Positions 50,238 through 60,960 of a stretch of 64,000 bases of DNA are shown in pieces; within the stretch, counting starts at the first letter, position 1; every line of letters starts with the position of its first letter. The DNA lies in NCBI GenBank assembly GCA_043228905.1, contig JBHGNT010000011.1, forward strand, positions 7,874,001 through 7,938,000, read 5' to 3'. Position numbers and translations under genes: made by a program. Source of the stretch: Azolla caroliniana. Its lineage: Eukaryota > Plantae > Polypodiophyta. The notes under the pieces were generated by a model. It was not told the origin of the DNA. It searched no databases and worked only from the letters and a program-made list of their open reading frames with translations.

Positions 50238-52367
50238 ATGAGGGGGTCGGATCTTGCAGAGGCCATGGCTTCGGCCGTGGATCGGATTGTAAACGCGCGC
50301 GAGGGCACCGGTGCCCTCGACAGAGCTATTGAGGCGGTCGTCGGCACGATCGGCCGGTTCGATGGGAGGGATGCCACGAAGTATCTGGCGTCCTACGGTG
50401 CAGAAATGCTGATGCGGGACATTCCGGAAGAAAGGCGTCTTGCCGGATTTCCCCGAGTGGCGATGCCGAGCATCCATGCGGAGGTGCTCGAGGTGCGGGC
50501 GGAGAGCCGTACCTGGGAAGAGTTCGAAGGTCGGCTCCTAGAGAAATACGGGCTGGACGACGACGCGCTCCGGCTTTCGAAGCGAAGGTTCATGGAATGG
50601 GTGGAATCCCCGGGGAAGGGAAGAAACGCGTCGGCACTCCTCCGGGAGTTCGAGGAAAACTTTGCGCGCCTTTCGGCGCTCGACCGAACCATCCTGGACA
50701 CGAGCCGGGTCTTGCTGTTTGTCAAGTCGGTCGACGAGCGGGATCGGGAGCAAGTGGGCCTCTTGCTGGAAACCGAAGACGGGCTCACTACCGACTGGGC
50801 GGCTGTCAGGAAGGTCTGTGGCCGTTTCGACAAACGGCGAGAATGGGCGGATAACGGGGCAACCGGGTCGGGCTCGGTCGCAGCAAGGAAGCTCGAACCA
50901 GCGCCACAGGTGCAAAAGGAAGAGACCCGAGAGTGGTTGGAAACTGGTTCGGCTTCGACTGGCGTAGTCAGAGGCTCAACCGGAGGGGCGGCGCTGGAGG
51001 AATTGACGAAGGCGATAAAGGACCTCCAAATCGCGCAGGCCCGAAGGGAAGGAGGCGAACCGGCTCGTGACCGACGGCCGGCGGCAGGAAACAGGTGCAT
51101 GTGGTGCGATGAAGTCGGCCACATTCGGAAGGACTGCGGCGACTTCGCGGAGGCGCTGAGGAACAGGGTGGTGTACCTGTGGGAAGGACGGGTGCATGCC
51201 AGCGACACCCGAAGGGCCCTGAGCCGAAACGACGGGCGAGGTGGTATGAAAAGGTTGATGGAAGAGGCGGCGGCCCGACACGCGGAAACCGTCCACTACT
51301 CGGCGTCGGCCGGCATTCGAGTCGGGGGCGGCGAGGCCCGAAAGGAAAGCAAAGCCGGATTCTGGCCGACGATGCTGGAAGGCCTTGCCGGTGCAGGGCT
51401 TAAAAGGGAGGAATCGGACCGTGCGGAGAAACGGGTACGGGAGATGACCGGGTGGAGCGACCCGGTCGAGGAAAAGACGGGCTTCGTGGAAGCCGCTTGC
51501 CGGAACTACGAGGCTCTGGTAGAAGAGAAGCGGGTGGGGAAACCCGGGACGACCGGGCCCTCACAACGATACGAGACCCGGTCCGGGCCACGACGGGACG
51601 AAGCCGACGGGGCCGGTACGCAAGATAAACCCCAGAAGGGCGGGTACCGTCTGGGGACGGAGATAGAAAGAACCACGGACTTACGAAAGGTCCTGGAGGA
51701 ACGGATCCTCGACAGCAAGGTGGAGCTGTCGTTACGGGAGGTGCTGGGAATCGCCAAGAAGGAGTTCCATGACTCCATCGTGGACTTAGTGAAACGGAAG
51801 AGGCTGTCGACGGAGACAGAACCGGAAAGACCGGTGGAAGTGCGGACGACGCACCTAGACGACATGGCGCTGGGAGACGAGTGGGCGGAAAGCCACTATT
51901 CGAGACCACACTGGGCCCGAGCGACCACGGAAACCCCGGTAAAGATCGGCGATGTCCAGGAACCGGTGATAGCTTTGGTGGACCACGGATCGGAGATCAA
52001 TTTGATGTCCATGGACTTCTATAAGAAGGGCAAATGGCCGATCAACACCAAGCACGGGTGGAAAATAAGGGCAGCAACGCGCGCCACCGAGGAACTGCAC
52101 GGGGCCTGTCCGAATGTGCGAGTCAAGATCGGCGACGTCGAGATTGACCAGCACTTCTTCGTGCAGGAGACGTCTTCGCATCCGGTCATACTGGGAGAGC
52201 CGTACATCACGGCGGCGCGAATGGAGACCAAAGTGCTGGACAATGGTTCGGCCTACGCGAGGGTCAAAAGCCAAGACGGGCGCCATTCGGTCCAGTTTCT
52301 GACGGTACGGCCGAACCACGAACGTAACCGCGATTCCCTCGGTTCTGAAACCCGAGAGGATTTTTAG
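50238..52367 (+). CDS. gag: ORF1: Gag (CCHC knuckle) plus aspartic protease
   Basis: First ATG after the PBS; CMWCDEVGHIRKDC; ALVDHGSEINLM...VILGEPYI. Confidence 0.9.
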   Translation: MRGSDLAEAMASAVDRIVNAREGTGALDRAIEAVVGTIGRFDGRDATKYLASYGAEMLMRDIPEERRLAGFPRVAMPSIHAEVLEVRAESRTWEEFEGRLLEKYGLDDDALRLSKRRFMEWVESPGKGRNASALLREFEENFARLSALDRTILDTSRVLLFVKSVDERDREQVGLLLETEDGLTTDWAAVRKVCGRFDKRREWADNGATGSGSVAARKLEPAPQVQKEETREWLETGSASTGVVRGSTGGAALEELTKAIKDLQIAQARREGGEPARDRRPAAGNRCMWCDEVGHIRKDCGDFAEALRNRVVYLWEGRVHASDTRRALSRNDGRGGMKRLMEEAAARHAETVHYSASAGIRVGGGEARKESKAGFWPTMLEGLAGAGLKREESDRAEKRVREMTGWSDPVEEKTGFVEAACRNYEALVEEKRVGKPGTTGPSQRYETRSGPRRDEADGAGTQDKPQKGGYRLGTEIERTTDLRKVLEERILDSKVELSLREVLGIAKKEFHDSIVDLVKRKRLSTETEPERPVEVRTTHLDDMALGDEWAESHYSRPHWARATTETPVKIGDVQEPVIALVDHGSEINLMSMDFYKKGKWPINTKHGWKIRAATRATEELHGACPNVRVKIGDVEIDQHFFVQETSSHPVILGEPYITAARMETKVLDNGSAYARVKSQDGRHSVQFLTVRPNHERNRDSLGSETREDF

Positions 52368-52423
52368 AGAGGACTGCCAAGGCGTGGGGCCACGACAGTC
52401 CGGATGCTCCGGAAAAACCCCAC
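52358..52423 (+). promoter_or_regulatory. Putative -1 ribosomal frameshift signal (slippery site plus pseudoknot)
   Basis: G GAT TTT TAG; stems GGACTG/CAGTCC and GTGGGG/CCCCAC; conserved at 11923-11988. Confidence 0.75.
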
Positions 52424-55400
52424 AACTGTACGATAAAACCGTGTACAATAGGTAGGAAATTTTGCTTCTCCGGCAGCGGAGCATGTGCGATGGTCGGCAT
52501 CGCCGGCCGAGAGAAAACAAAGACGGAGGGGAGACTTCGAGCGTGCGGAGTTCTCGGCCCTGACGAAGAAATCAACGGAGCCGTGGAGGCAGTCTCCTTC
52601 GACGACACCTTGGGAATGCTGGGGAAGGTAGTCGAAGAAGACCTTAACGAAGACCGGACGATACCGGTATGTTCCGAAGGAATGTACGAAGTCATCGCGG
52701 ACTTCGGTCGATGGCTCGAGTCGGAACGGACGGCCCGAGTTAGCACCAAGTACAAGACTGTGGACCGGAAGGTGAGGCCAGTTGCGGCGCCCTTACCGGA
52801 GGGCAGCGAATCCCGAATCAAAGGGGTTGCATCGGACCCCAGCTTACGAGATCCGGCCTGCATAGGACACACCTTCACCAACGAGACGCTCCGCGAGCTG
52901 AAGATCGGTGGGGGCGGGTTCCTACTACCGGCGGAGGAAGACCGATTTCGGAGGATGCTCGGAAGGCACGGGAAAGCCTTCGCATTCTCACCGGAGGAAA
53001 TCGGGTGCGTGGACCCGACGACCGTAGAGCCGATGGTGATATTCACGGTACCGCATGTACCGTGGAATCTCAAGCCAATTCCGGTTCCGAGAGCTCACAT
53101 CCCGAAGTTGATGGAGCTGTTGAAGCAGAAAGTTGATATGGGCATTCTCGAGCCATCGAGCGCCCCGTATTCAAACCGATGGTTTACCGTACCAAAGAAA
53201 AACGGATCATTGCGCTTCATTCAGGACTTGCAACCGGTCAATAGGGTGACCATTCGGAACGCAGGGATCGGACCGACCATAGACGAGTTCGCGGAGGCCT
53301 TCGCCGGAAGGTCGATTTACTCGGTCGGTGATCTATACTCAGGGTACGACCAGTTCCAGCTAGCCGTGGAGAGCAGAGACATTACGACGATGCGAACTCC
53401 CCTCGGCCTAGTGCGGATGTGTACGCTGCCGCAAGGAGGGACCAACTCGGTGGCCCACATGGTGAATGCAATGAACAAGGTGCTGAGGGACTGCATCCCG
53501 GACATCACCATGCCGTTTCTAGACGACATCCCGATCAAGGGATGCCCGGTAGAAGAGAAGGACGAGACGATCGGGCCGGACGGATGCCGGCGATTCGTGA
53601 TGGCGCACATCGACGACTGCGAGAAGGTGCTGCAAAGGCTAGAGGATGCGAGGCTCACCTTCTCGGGGGAGAAATCAGCCTTCGGGCAGTTGGAAATCAT
53701 GGTGGTCGGACACTTGTGTGGGCCATATGGCCGGAAACCGTCTCCGGCAAAGGTAGAAGCCATCTCCGCGATGAAGCCCGACTGCAGCTCGGTCACGGAA
53801 GTACGAAGATTCCTGGGGGCATGCGCATTCTACCACATATGGATCCCGCATTACGCCCACGTTGCGGAGCCGCTATACGGATTATTGAGGAAAGGGCGAA
53901 GATTCGAATGGCTAGACAAGCACACGGAGTCGGTCCGGAAGCTGAAGGAGGCTCTTTCGGCAGCATCGGCGCTCCGAAAGGCCGTCTACGGGAAGGGCAC
54001 CCCAGTGTACATAACGGTTGACACGAGTCCGACCGGAATCGGGTGGGTCGTCAACCAAGAAGACGAGGACGGCAATCGGTTTCCGATCCGATTCGGCGCG
54101 AAGGTCCTCAGCGAACGACAGCGAGGATACGCCCAGGTTAAACGCGAACTCTGGGGTATCGTTTCGGCGGTGAAGGCCGACAAGGACTATCTGATCGGGA
54201 CAGAGGTAATCATAGAGACGGATTGCATGCCGATTCTCGGCATGGTTTCCGGATGCGCGACGCCGGACCTGGCAATGCTCAGGTGGATAGCGTACATCAA
54301 GTCCCTAGACCCGGTAGTACGACACATTTCCGGGAAAGACAACGCCATGGCCGACATGCTTTCAAGGGCGAGATTCGATGACGAGGGCGGCATGGTTTCG
54401 GAGGACGAAGAGGTCGGCGTGGACTTCTTCGAGACTGCGTATGTAACAACCGACGGGACAAGCACTCCGGCGCTTAACGACTTCGACGCGAGCAAGTACG
54501 ACGGGGAGTGGCTGCAGATCGGTGGGTTTTTGAAGACAATGACGCCCGATGCGTCATGGACGAAGGACGAGGCCAACCGGATCCGGAAGAAAGCGTACCG
54601 GTTCTTTCTCCGGGATGGCTATCTATGGAAGCACCCGAAGAAGAGGGACGGCGCTCCGCTCCGGGTGGTGGCGATGAAGGAAGAACAGGAGGAGCTGCTG
54701 ACGGCCTACCACGACAGCCCTTGGGCTGGACACCGTGGAACATGGGCTACGTTTGAGAAACTGAAGGGGAAGTATTGGTGGCCGGGGCAGTACCAGGACG
54801 TGCATCGGTTCGTGACAACTTGCGAGAGCTGCCAGATGCACTCCATAGCCCGACATCGAGACGAGCTTCACCCTACGTACCCTCCGGCCATCCATTTCAA
54901 ATGGATGGTAGATCTGGTAACGATGCCAATGGGAGTAGGACAGATGCGGTACCTGGTCCTAGCGCGGGAGGATCTGACGAACCAGGTGGAAGGCCGGGCC
55001 CTTCCGAACAAAACGACCGCGGCCGTATGCCGGTTCCTAATCGAGGACGTGATATGCCGGTACGGGTGCGTCGGGAAGATCGTGGCTGACCGAGGGGAGT
55101 TGGACGCCGAAGAAGCTGCGGAGCTGTTCGACCGGCTGGGAGTCAAGCTCTCGCTCACCACTGCGTACAATCCGGAGGCGAATGGAAAGGTGGAGCGCGG
55201 ACACGGACCGATCGTCAAGGCGTTGGTCCGGGCATGCGGAGGCCGAGTCGGTGACTGGCCGCGGCTGCTACCTTATGCTTTGTGGGCAGACCGGACCACG
55301 CACAGTTCGGTAACCGGGTACATGCCGACGGAGCTCATGTTCGGCCAGAAGCCGATCATGCCGATGGAACGGACGATCTCCTCGTGGGCAACGGTCGACT

Positions 55401-55942
55401 GGAGGGACGAGATGAGCCGGGAGGAGTTGTTGGCCGCGCGTATACGACAACTCGGGCGGAGGCCGGAGGACGTGGAACTGGCTGCGGAGAAGCTCCGGGT
55501 GGCGAGGACAAAGAACAAAGCCAGGTTCGACCGAACGCACCGGCTCCGACCGAAGAAAATCGAAGAAGGTGACTGGGTGCTCGTCTACGACAGCAGCCTC
55601 GACAACCAGCACCGAGCCACACGGAAGTTCGCACGAAGGTGGTTCGGGCCTTACGTGGTACGGAGCGCCAATGACAATGGGACATATCACCTGGCGGAAC
55701 TTGACGGCACGAGAGTGGCGATACCGGTTGCAGGGAAGCGGATCAAAGCGTTCAAGAAGCGACACGACGACGAGCCAGACCCAGCTCTCCTAGTCAGCAG
55801 TGACGAAAGATCCGAAAACGAGGAAGAACCGACGGGCGAAGAAATGAAGACGGGCCGGTTTTCTCCGTCCCAGCTCTCTTGGTGCATACCGGAGGATGCA
55901 CGGTTAGGTGGGGGCGGATGTCGTGAAGAAAACCGTCCATAG
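52364..55942 (+). CDS. pol: ORF2: RT-RNase H-integrase in the -1 frame
   Basis: Frame is open from the slip site through the track ORF 52490-55942; LRFIQDL, FLDD, TVDTS, HH-CC Zn finger, DLV/ADRG/VERG core, WFGPY. Confidence 0.93.
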   Translation, partial: LERTAKAWGHDSPDAPEKPHNCTIKPCTIGRKFCFSGSGACAMVGIAGREKTKTEGRLRACGVLGPDEEINGAVEAVSFDDTLGMLGKVVEEDLNEDRTIPVCSEGMYEVIADFGRWLESERTARVSTKYKTVDRKVRPVAAPLPEGSESRIKGVASDPSLRDPACIGHTFTNETLRELKIGGGGFLLPAEEDRFRRMLGRHGKAFAFSPEEIGCVDPTTVEPMVIFTVPHVPWNLKPIPVPRAHIPKLMELLKQKVDMGILEPSSAPYSNRWFTVPKKNGSLRFIQDLQPVNRVTIRNAGIGPTIDEFAEAFAGRSIYSVGDLYSGYDQFQLAVESRDITTMRTPLGLVRMCTLPQGGTNSVAHMVNAMNKVLRDCIPDITMPFLDDIPIKGCPVEEKDETIGPDGCRRFVMAHIDDCEKVLQRLEDARLTFSGEKSAFGQLEIMVVGHLCGPYGRKPSPAKVEAISAMKPDCSSVTEVRRFLGACAFYHIWIPHYAHVAEPLYGLLRKGRRFEWLDKHTESVRKLKEALSAASALRKAVYGKGTPVYITVDTSPTGIGWVVNQEDEDGNRFPIRFGAKVLSERQRGYAQVKRELWGIVSAVKADKDYLIGTEVIIETDCMPILGMVSGCATPDLAMLRWIAYIKSLDPVVRHISGKDNAMADMLSRARFDDEGGMVSEDEEVGVDFFETAYVTTDGTSTPALNDFDASKYDGEWLQIGGFLKTMTPDASWTKDEANRIRKKAYRFFLRDGYLWKHPKKRDGAPLRVVAMKEEQEELLTAYHDSPWAGHRGTWATFEKLKGKYWWPGQYQDVHRFVTTCESCQMHSIARHRDELHPTYPPAIHFKWMVDLVTMPMGVGQMRYLVLAREDLTNQVEGRALPNKTTAAVCRFLIEDVICRYGCVGKIVADRGELDAEEAAELFDRLGVKLSLTTAYNPEANGKVERGHGPIVKALVRACGGRVGDWPRLLPYALWADRTTHSSVTGYMPTELMFGQKPIMPMERTISSWATVDWRDEMSREELLAARIRQLGRRPEDVELAAEKLRVARTKNKARFDRTHRLRPKKIEEGDWVLVYDSSLDNQHRATRKFARRWFGPYVVRSANDNGTYHLAELDGTRVAIPVAGKRIKAFKKRHDDEPDPALLVSSDERSENEEEPTGEEMKTGRFSPSQLSWCIPEDARLGGGGCREENRP

Positions 55943-56715
55943 GCGGAATCGGCGCACCAAGGCGTGGGAACCGGTTCTTCACGCGCGCACGCTCCGAGTT
56001 GTACGTAGAAGCGAATTAGGAGGATAATCGGCGGGAACGGGCCCTAACACAAGTGGAGACAAAGACCGCGCGAACAGTCTTTTCGGTCGCGCGCGCGAGC
56101 GAAGGAACTGTACGAGTCGGCGGCGTAACTACGCGGATGCGTGAAGGACGAAGCGAATCCCTGTCCAAAAGGGACAGGGATTAAAGCTGACATGACGGCC
56201 TGCTCGTCGGCCTATATAAGGAGCAGGAAAGAGCTATTGCAGTATCGGGCGGGGAGAGAACGAAGTGCTGTCGGACCGTTTCTGGACGCCTCTCTCTCTC
56301 TCTGTTTCCTTCCTTCTTGAGCTCCAGAGCTTTCTGTGCAGGGTTCCGAGGAGGCTTGCGCTGTTTCGAGGAACGCCCGAGTGCTTCCGGCAGCACCTCC
56401 GACCGGCTACCCCTTTGTGCGTCGAAGCGAACAGGCATCGGCATCTGTTCGCCGGCCTGTTCGGTTGTAACCAACCTGTGCCCCATCGAGGGTTGTAGTC
56501 GTGTTAGCCATAATTTCCTTAATATATATATTTAGTCATTCGCATCTGTCTGTGTCGGTGTTCGTTCGCGTTCTCCGTGTTGAAGGGCCGTGTCCCTGTG
56601 TATCCCCGGTTCTGCGTAGCCTGTTCTCTCTCTTTCTCCTCCCTCGCTTGCTCTTTGGTTCGAGACCCCCGCGGTCCCGCCTCGTTTCCACACGCACTTG
56701 CGTAATAACTCGACA
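55919..56715 (+). repeat. 3' LTR, preceded by PPT AGGTGGGGGCGGA
   Basis: Direct repeat of 49398-50194. Confidence 0.97.
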
Positions 56716-58501
56716 TCGGGTAGACACTTCTGGTGAACTACAAGCTGTCTGGAAAGCAAAGTTTGAAGACCAAGATAGAGATGATGAAGATACTATATGC
56801 CTTTGTCGTCAGAAGCTTAATGTATGCAATGGTGTGTACCCGGCCGGATATCAGATACAGTGTTAGAGTAGTCAACCGGTTTATGAGCAATCCGGGAAAG
56901 GGGCATTGGGTTGCCATCAAGTGGATACTCCGGTACTTGAAAGGCACCTCAAGCATGTGCCTCCAGTAAATCCCTATTAGAAGGCTTTATGGATTCGGAC
57001 ATGTCGACTAATGTTGATACCAGCCGGTCCACGTCCGGATATGTCATGACATATCCAGGGGGAGCCGTATTGTGGCAGTCGAGGTTGCAAAAGTCCGTTG
57101 CACTGTCGACAACGGGAGCGGAGTATATGGCAGCCATGGAAGCCAACAAAGAGGTAATCTAGATGAAGGAATTCATTGGAGAGCTAGGGATCTGGCAGGA
57201 GGAGTTCTGATTCTACTGCGACAATCAAAGTGTCATCCACCTCGCAAAGAACGCGGCCTACCATTCCCCGAGCAAGCACATCCAAAGGAGATGCCACTAG
57301 CTCCGGGAAAAAGTAGAAGGTAAAGAGTTTTCGCTGATAAAGATGGACACAGAGGAGAACAGGTCGGACATGCTGACTAAGGTGTTGTCAACTGAGAAGC
57401 TGGACGTGTGTTAGAAATGGATCAAATTGACAAGACATCCCATGCCGGAGTGAAGGGGGAGTTTGTTGGGAATTCGGTCCCTCCAAATGGGATCTGGATG
57501 AGAACTGGACAAGCCAGATTGGACAAGTTAAAGGAAAGAACCGAATCGGATGGATCCGGAAGATATCCAGAAACCGGATCGTATGGATTCGGTTGGTATC
57601 CGGACAGACATTAGTTTATGTATATGTTTCGGCGTGATTATTTCAGGTAATATTTGTAAATAACCCTAAAGTTATATGAGTATAAATATAACTAGGGAAA
57701 TAGTGTTCAAAATGTTGTTATCATTATTGTTGTACAGATAGAGAGAGACAAAGAGAGCAAGAGAGAAACATAACACATTTTTTGTTGTAACCGTCGGTTG
57801 ACGAAGACATAGAGGTTGAGGTTGTTGCCTCTGAGTCTCACATTATATCCTTCCTCTCATAATGATAGTTGGAGTCTGTGGGCTCTTGTGGTTTTACCTG
57901 ATTAGGGTTTTCCATGTTAACATTCGGTGTCGTCTCATTGTGTGTAAGTGCATTAATCTTCATTTCCGTTTTGTTTCTTCCATAGAGTGTTTAAGACTCG
58001 GTTGTGGCTGAGCATTATTCCACACACGGCGGTAACTTAGAGTTAACCACCAATTCAAAAAGGGAAAATCAGAAGTAGGGTAGGGTTGATGCTTTTGATG
58101 TTGGTGAGTCGAATGGGCTGCCGACCACTGAAGGAAGACATGGGAAGAATGCGTGGACCCGTCAAGTCGCGCACAACAAACAACATCGATAGATGACAAA
58201 GGGAGAAACATAAAATAGACTCAGATACAAGCTTCATTTGAAGTTCTTCTTCTCTTATTGTGCAACTCTTACACTTTGAATATATGGTTACAATGTTAAG
58301 GTTGAGCGTATATACTCAAGCCCTAACTAGAGGTCATGTTCACACTAGGATACGAAGCGGAAGGAGTCAGACTTTTATGCCAACAAACTCCCCCATAAAA
58401 GGGTTACTCTTTCCTATGTATACAATTGATTTTGGGGTTATTTCCCCCGTAAACCTGAATTATAAGTCTAACCTTAAGTTACAAGTATACATACAAGTCC
58501 G

Positions 58502-59760
58502 TGTTGGCATAAAAGGCCGACTCCTTCCACTTTGTATCTTAGTGTGAACACATCCAAATAGTTTGGGCTTAGTATATAAACTCTAACCTAACATTGTAAC
58601 GTTAACCTTTTATACCTTGAGTCTTGGAGAAAGAAAGAATTACAAAATAATGAGAGCCTCTATTAGAGCTTGACGTGTGTCTACCTTTCCATCCTTTCTT
58701 TCTTCATACTCTTTGTTTTGTTTACTGTGCACATAATCAACAGGTCCTCACATACTTCCGCATATATACAGAAGGCCATAACCTTCATTTGGTATCAGAG
58801 TGACTTGTTGTTCAATAGCAACAAAAACAAAAGAGAAAGCTGAAAGAAAACACAAGGTTAGTAAATCTCATTTCTCAAAATGAACATGGCTTCAACATCC
58901 GGTAGGGGAGTTGAAATCCAAAAGTTCGATGGCAAAAAATAATTCTTGTGGAAAGAGATGATGCATGATGTGTTGATCATCAAAAGACAGGTCGACGCTA
59001 TTAGACACAACAAAAAACCAGCTTCAATGACAACCGAAGAGCAGAGATCCATTGAAGAAATCGCACGCTCCACCATCCGAATGCATTTGGCCAAAAATGT
59101 CTACTTCAGCATGACCAAGGAGACAACAACATTCTCATTATGGGAGAAGCTACAGGCTGTGTATAAAAAGAAGTCCTCATCTTCGAAATTGATACTAATC
59201 ATACAACTGTTCAACATGAAAATGAGAGAAACCTATCCAACCACCTCCCACATCAACACCTTCAGCCGGGTTTGGTCTGAACTCTCCTCCCAAGGGATTA
59301 ACTTCAAAGACAAAGTTAAAGCCCTGGCCCTCCTATCGAGCTTACAAGCGAGTTGGGAGGTGTTCTGCACGACATTTGCCAATAGCCAACCAAATCTAAA
59401 TCTAGAGGAAATAGTAAGCGAAGTCCTCACCAAGGACATTCGGCAAAAGTTGATGGACTCACCATTGATGAGTCGACAGAAGCCCATCACTTCACCGAGT
59501 CGATCGACTGATCCAGTCGATGAAGAGAACAAGCCGACAGAACCTCTCGAAATCATACTCGATCAAGAACGAGGGGAGACCTACAGTGGTTGAATTCGAG
59601 AACAAGTCAATTAGGCGAATTCTGCAACCACTGTAGAAAACTGGTCACAACATTTCTAACAGTTAGTTGATCAAGAGTAAAAAGAGTGGTCGACGATCCA
59701 AGAGGAATTGAGAACGATCCGACTCGAACCACTCTCCAGTCAGCAACCAAGTGAATGTTA
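58502..59760 (+). mobile_element. gag: Copia 5' LTR (58502-58787), Met PBS (58790-58800) and degenerate gag
   Basis: TGTTG...TTCA, TGGTATCAGAG, EIQKFDGK..LWK, LWEKLQAVY, ALALLSSL.ASW. Confidence 0.85.
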
Positions 59761-60029
59761 CTGTCACAAAAGGGTGGAATGAGGCTAAATATTAAGAGAG
59801 AGGAGGAACATAAGCAAGATCACAAGATTGTCACGAATAAGTAGACAAGGCTCAATATTAAGAGATAACGGGAGAGAGAGTATAGACAAGAGAACAAGCA
59901 AGAGAGAGAAAATGGACAAATGAACAAGAACTGAATTATGCTTTTGTAATCTGTGTTGTTCAGGTCCTTGATTGTAATCAAGGTACACCCTAGTATTTAT
60001 ACAAGAATGTGGAAATTTGTGTTTATTGT

Positions 60030-60960
60030 TTCGTTTAGAAGCCGAAGCTTACGAGCAGGAACGCCTAGCTACTGGGACTAACAGAGCTCTCATGACCAAC
60101 GAGCAAGAACCCGAGCCACCCATCACGGAAGCCAAACAGGAGGAACCTGCCCCTACAGATCCCCACATCCCAACCGAGCCACAAACTACAACCATGACCC
60201 TGCCTGAATCAGTACCAACAGAGGGCGGCGCATGCGACGACACAACAATCCCCGAATCGACAACAAAACCTCCATCACCAACCCCACTTTCCGAGCAGCT
60301 AGACCAACCCCATGCCCCCGAGGATATCCTCGGCATAGTAGAGGAGGAGTAAAACAAACCCATAAGCCTTGTATAAATGGGCAACTTTTGTAATTTGTTT
60401 TGTTTTTTTCCAAACCCGTGGTTATCCCTCCACATTGTGAACCGTGGGTCCAACGGACAAAGTCTTGTCCCATGGGCGTGCCAGGTGTTGTCCATAGGCC
60501 AGAAATAAAAATACATTATGTAAACTCGCCGGTAGGTAGAATAGTAGGTGAGGAAATAGATAAAACTAGAAATAGTTGAGTATTTTAGCCCTCACAATCA
60601 GCCGATGGCTCGGCTTTGTCTAACAAGGAAAACTATATAACACGAGATATGCATACCTTAAGGGAGGAGATTATCTAGAACATTTTAGCAAGATTAATAG
60701 CGTAGCACTGAGCTCTGCACGAACTGTTTCTGGCCGAGAGCCGTGCAATGTAATCACTGTGAGCTTTATCATTTAATATCTGTGTATTCTCCCCGTACTC
60801 GTAAACCGAGCTACGTTTATGCCTAACGGGTTGTAGCCCGTGTACGCTCCTCGTTCTTCTATCGTCTTCTCAGTGTAGAAGAGGCTTCCATGATGTAACA
60901 CAATCCTGGGGGAAACATTTACGAACGAACCTTTCGTCCATAAAATACGTTGTTGCCCTG
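60030..60960 (+). mobile_element. 3' end of a Tat-like element: extra-ORF tail and LTR from 60486
   Basis: RLEAEAYEQER resembles RFETYEKER / FKRYEQER. LTR start TGTTGTCC, TATA near 60633. Confidence 0.6.

Larger units (their letters stand above)
49398..56715 (+). mobile_element. Intact young Ty3/gypsy LTR retrotransposon (non-chromovirus)
   Basis: 797-bp LTRs (two differences seen), TSD TCGG, PBS, PPT, two uninterrupted ORFs. Inserted in the copia RT. Confidence 0.97.
44258..58026 (+). mobile_element. Near full-length degenerate Tnt1/Tork-like copia hosting three insertions (its 5' end is also copied in tandem units 1 and 2)
   Basis: Partial 5' LTR to 44646, PBS 44650-44661, ATG 44662, gag-PR-INT-RT-RH, PPT GAAGGGGGAG near 57452-57461, 3' LTR 57464-58026 alignable to the 5' LTR. 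Confidence 0.9.

Noticed and set aside
50393-55765. Long antisense ORFs in the young gypsy element
   Set aside because: Shadow ORFs expected from GC-rich coding sequence; no recognisable motifs.
58027-58500. Possible minus-strand LTR (similarly 59762-60020)
   Set aside because: LTR-like composition only; boundaries, PBS and PPT cannot be supported.
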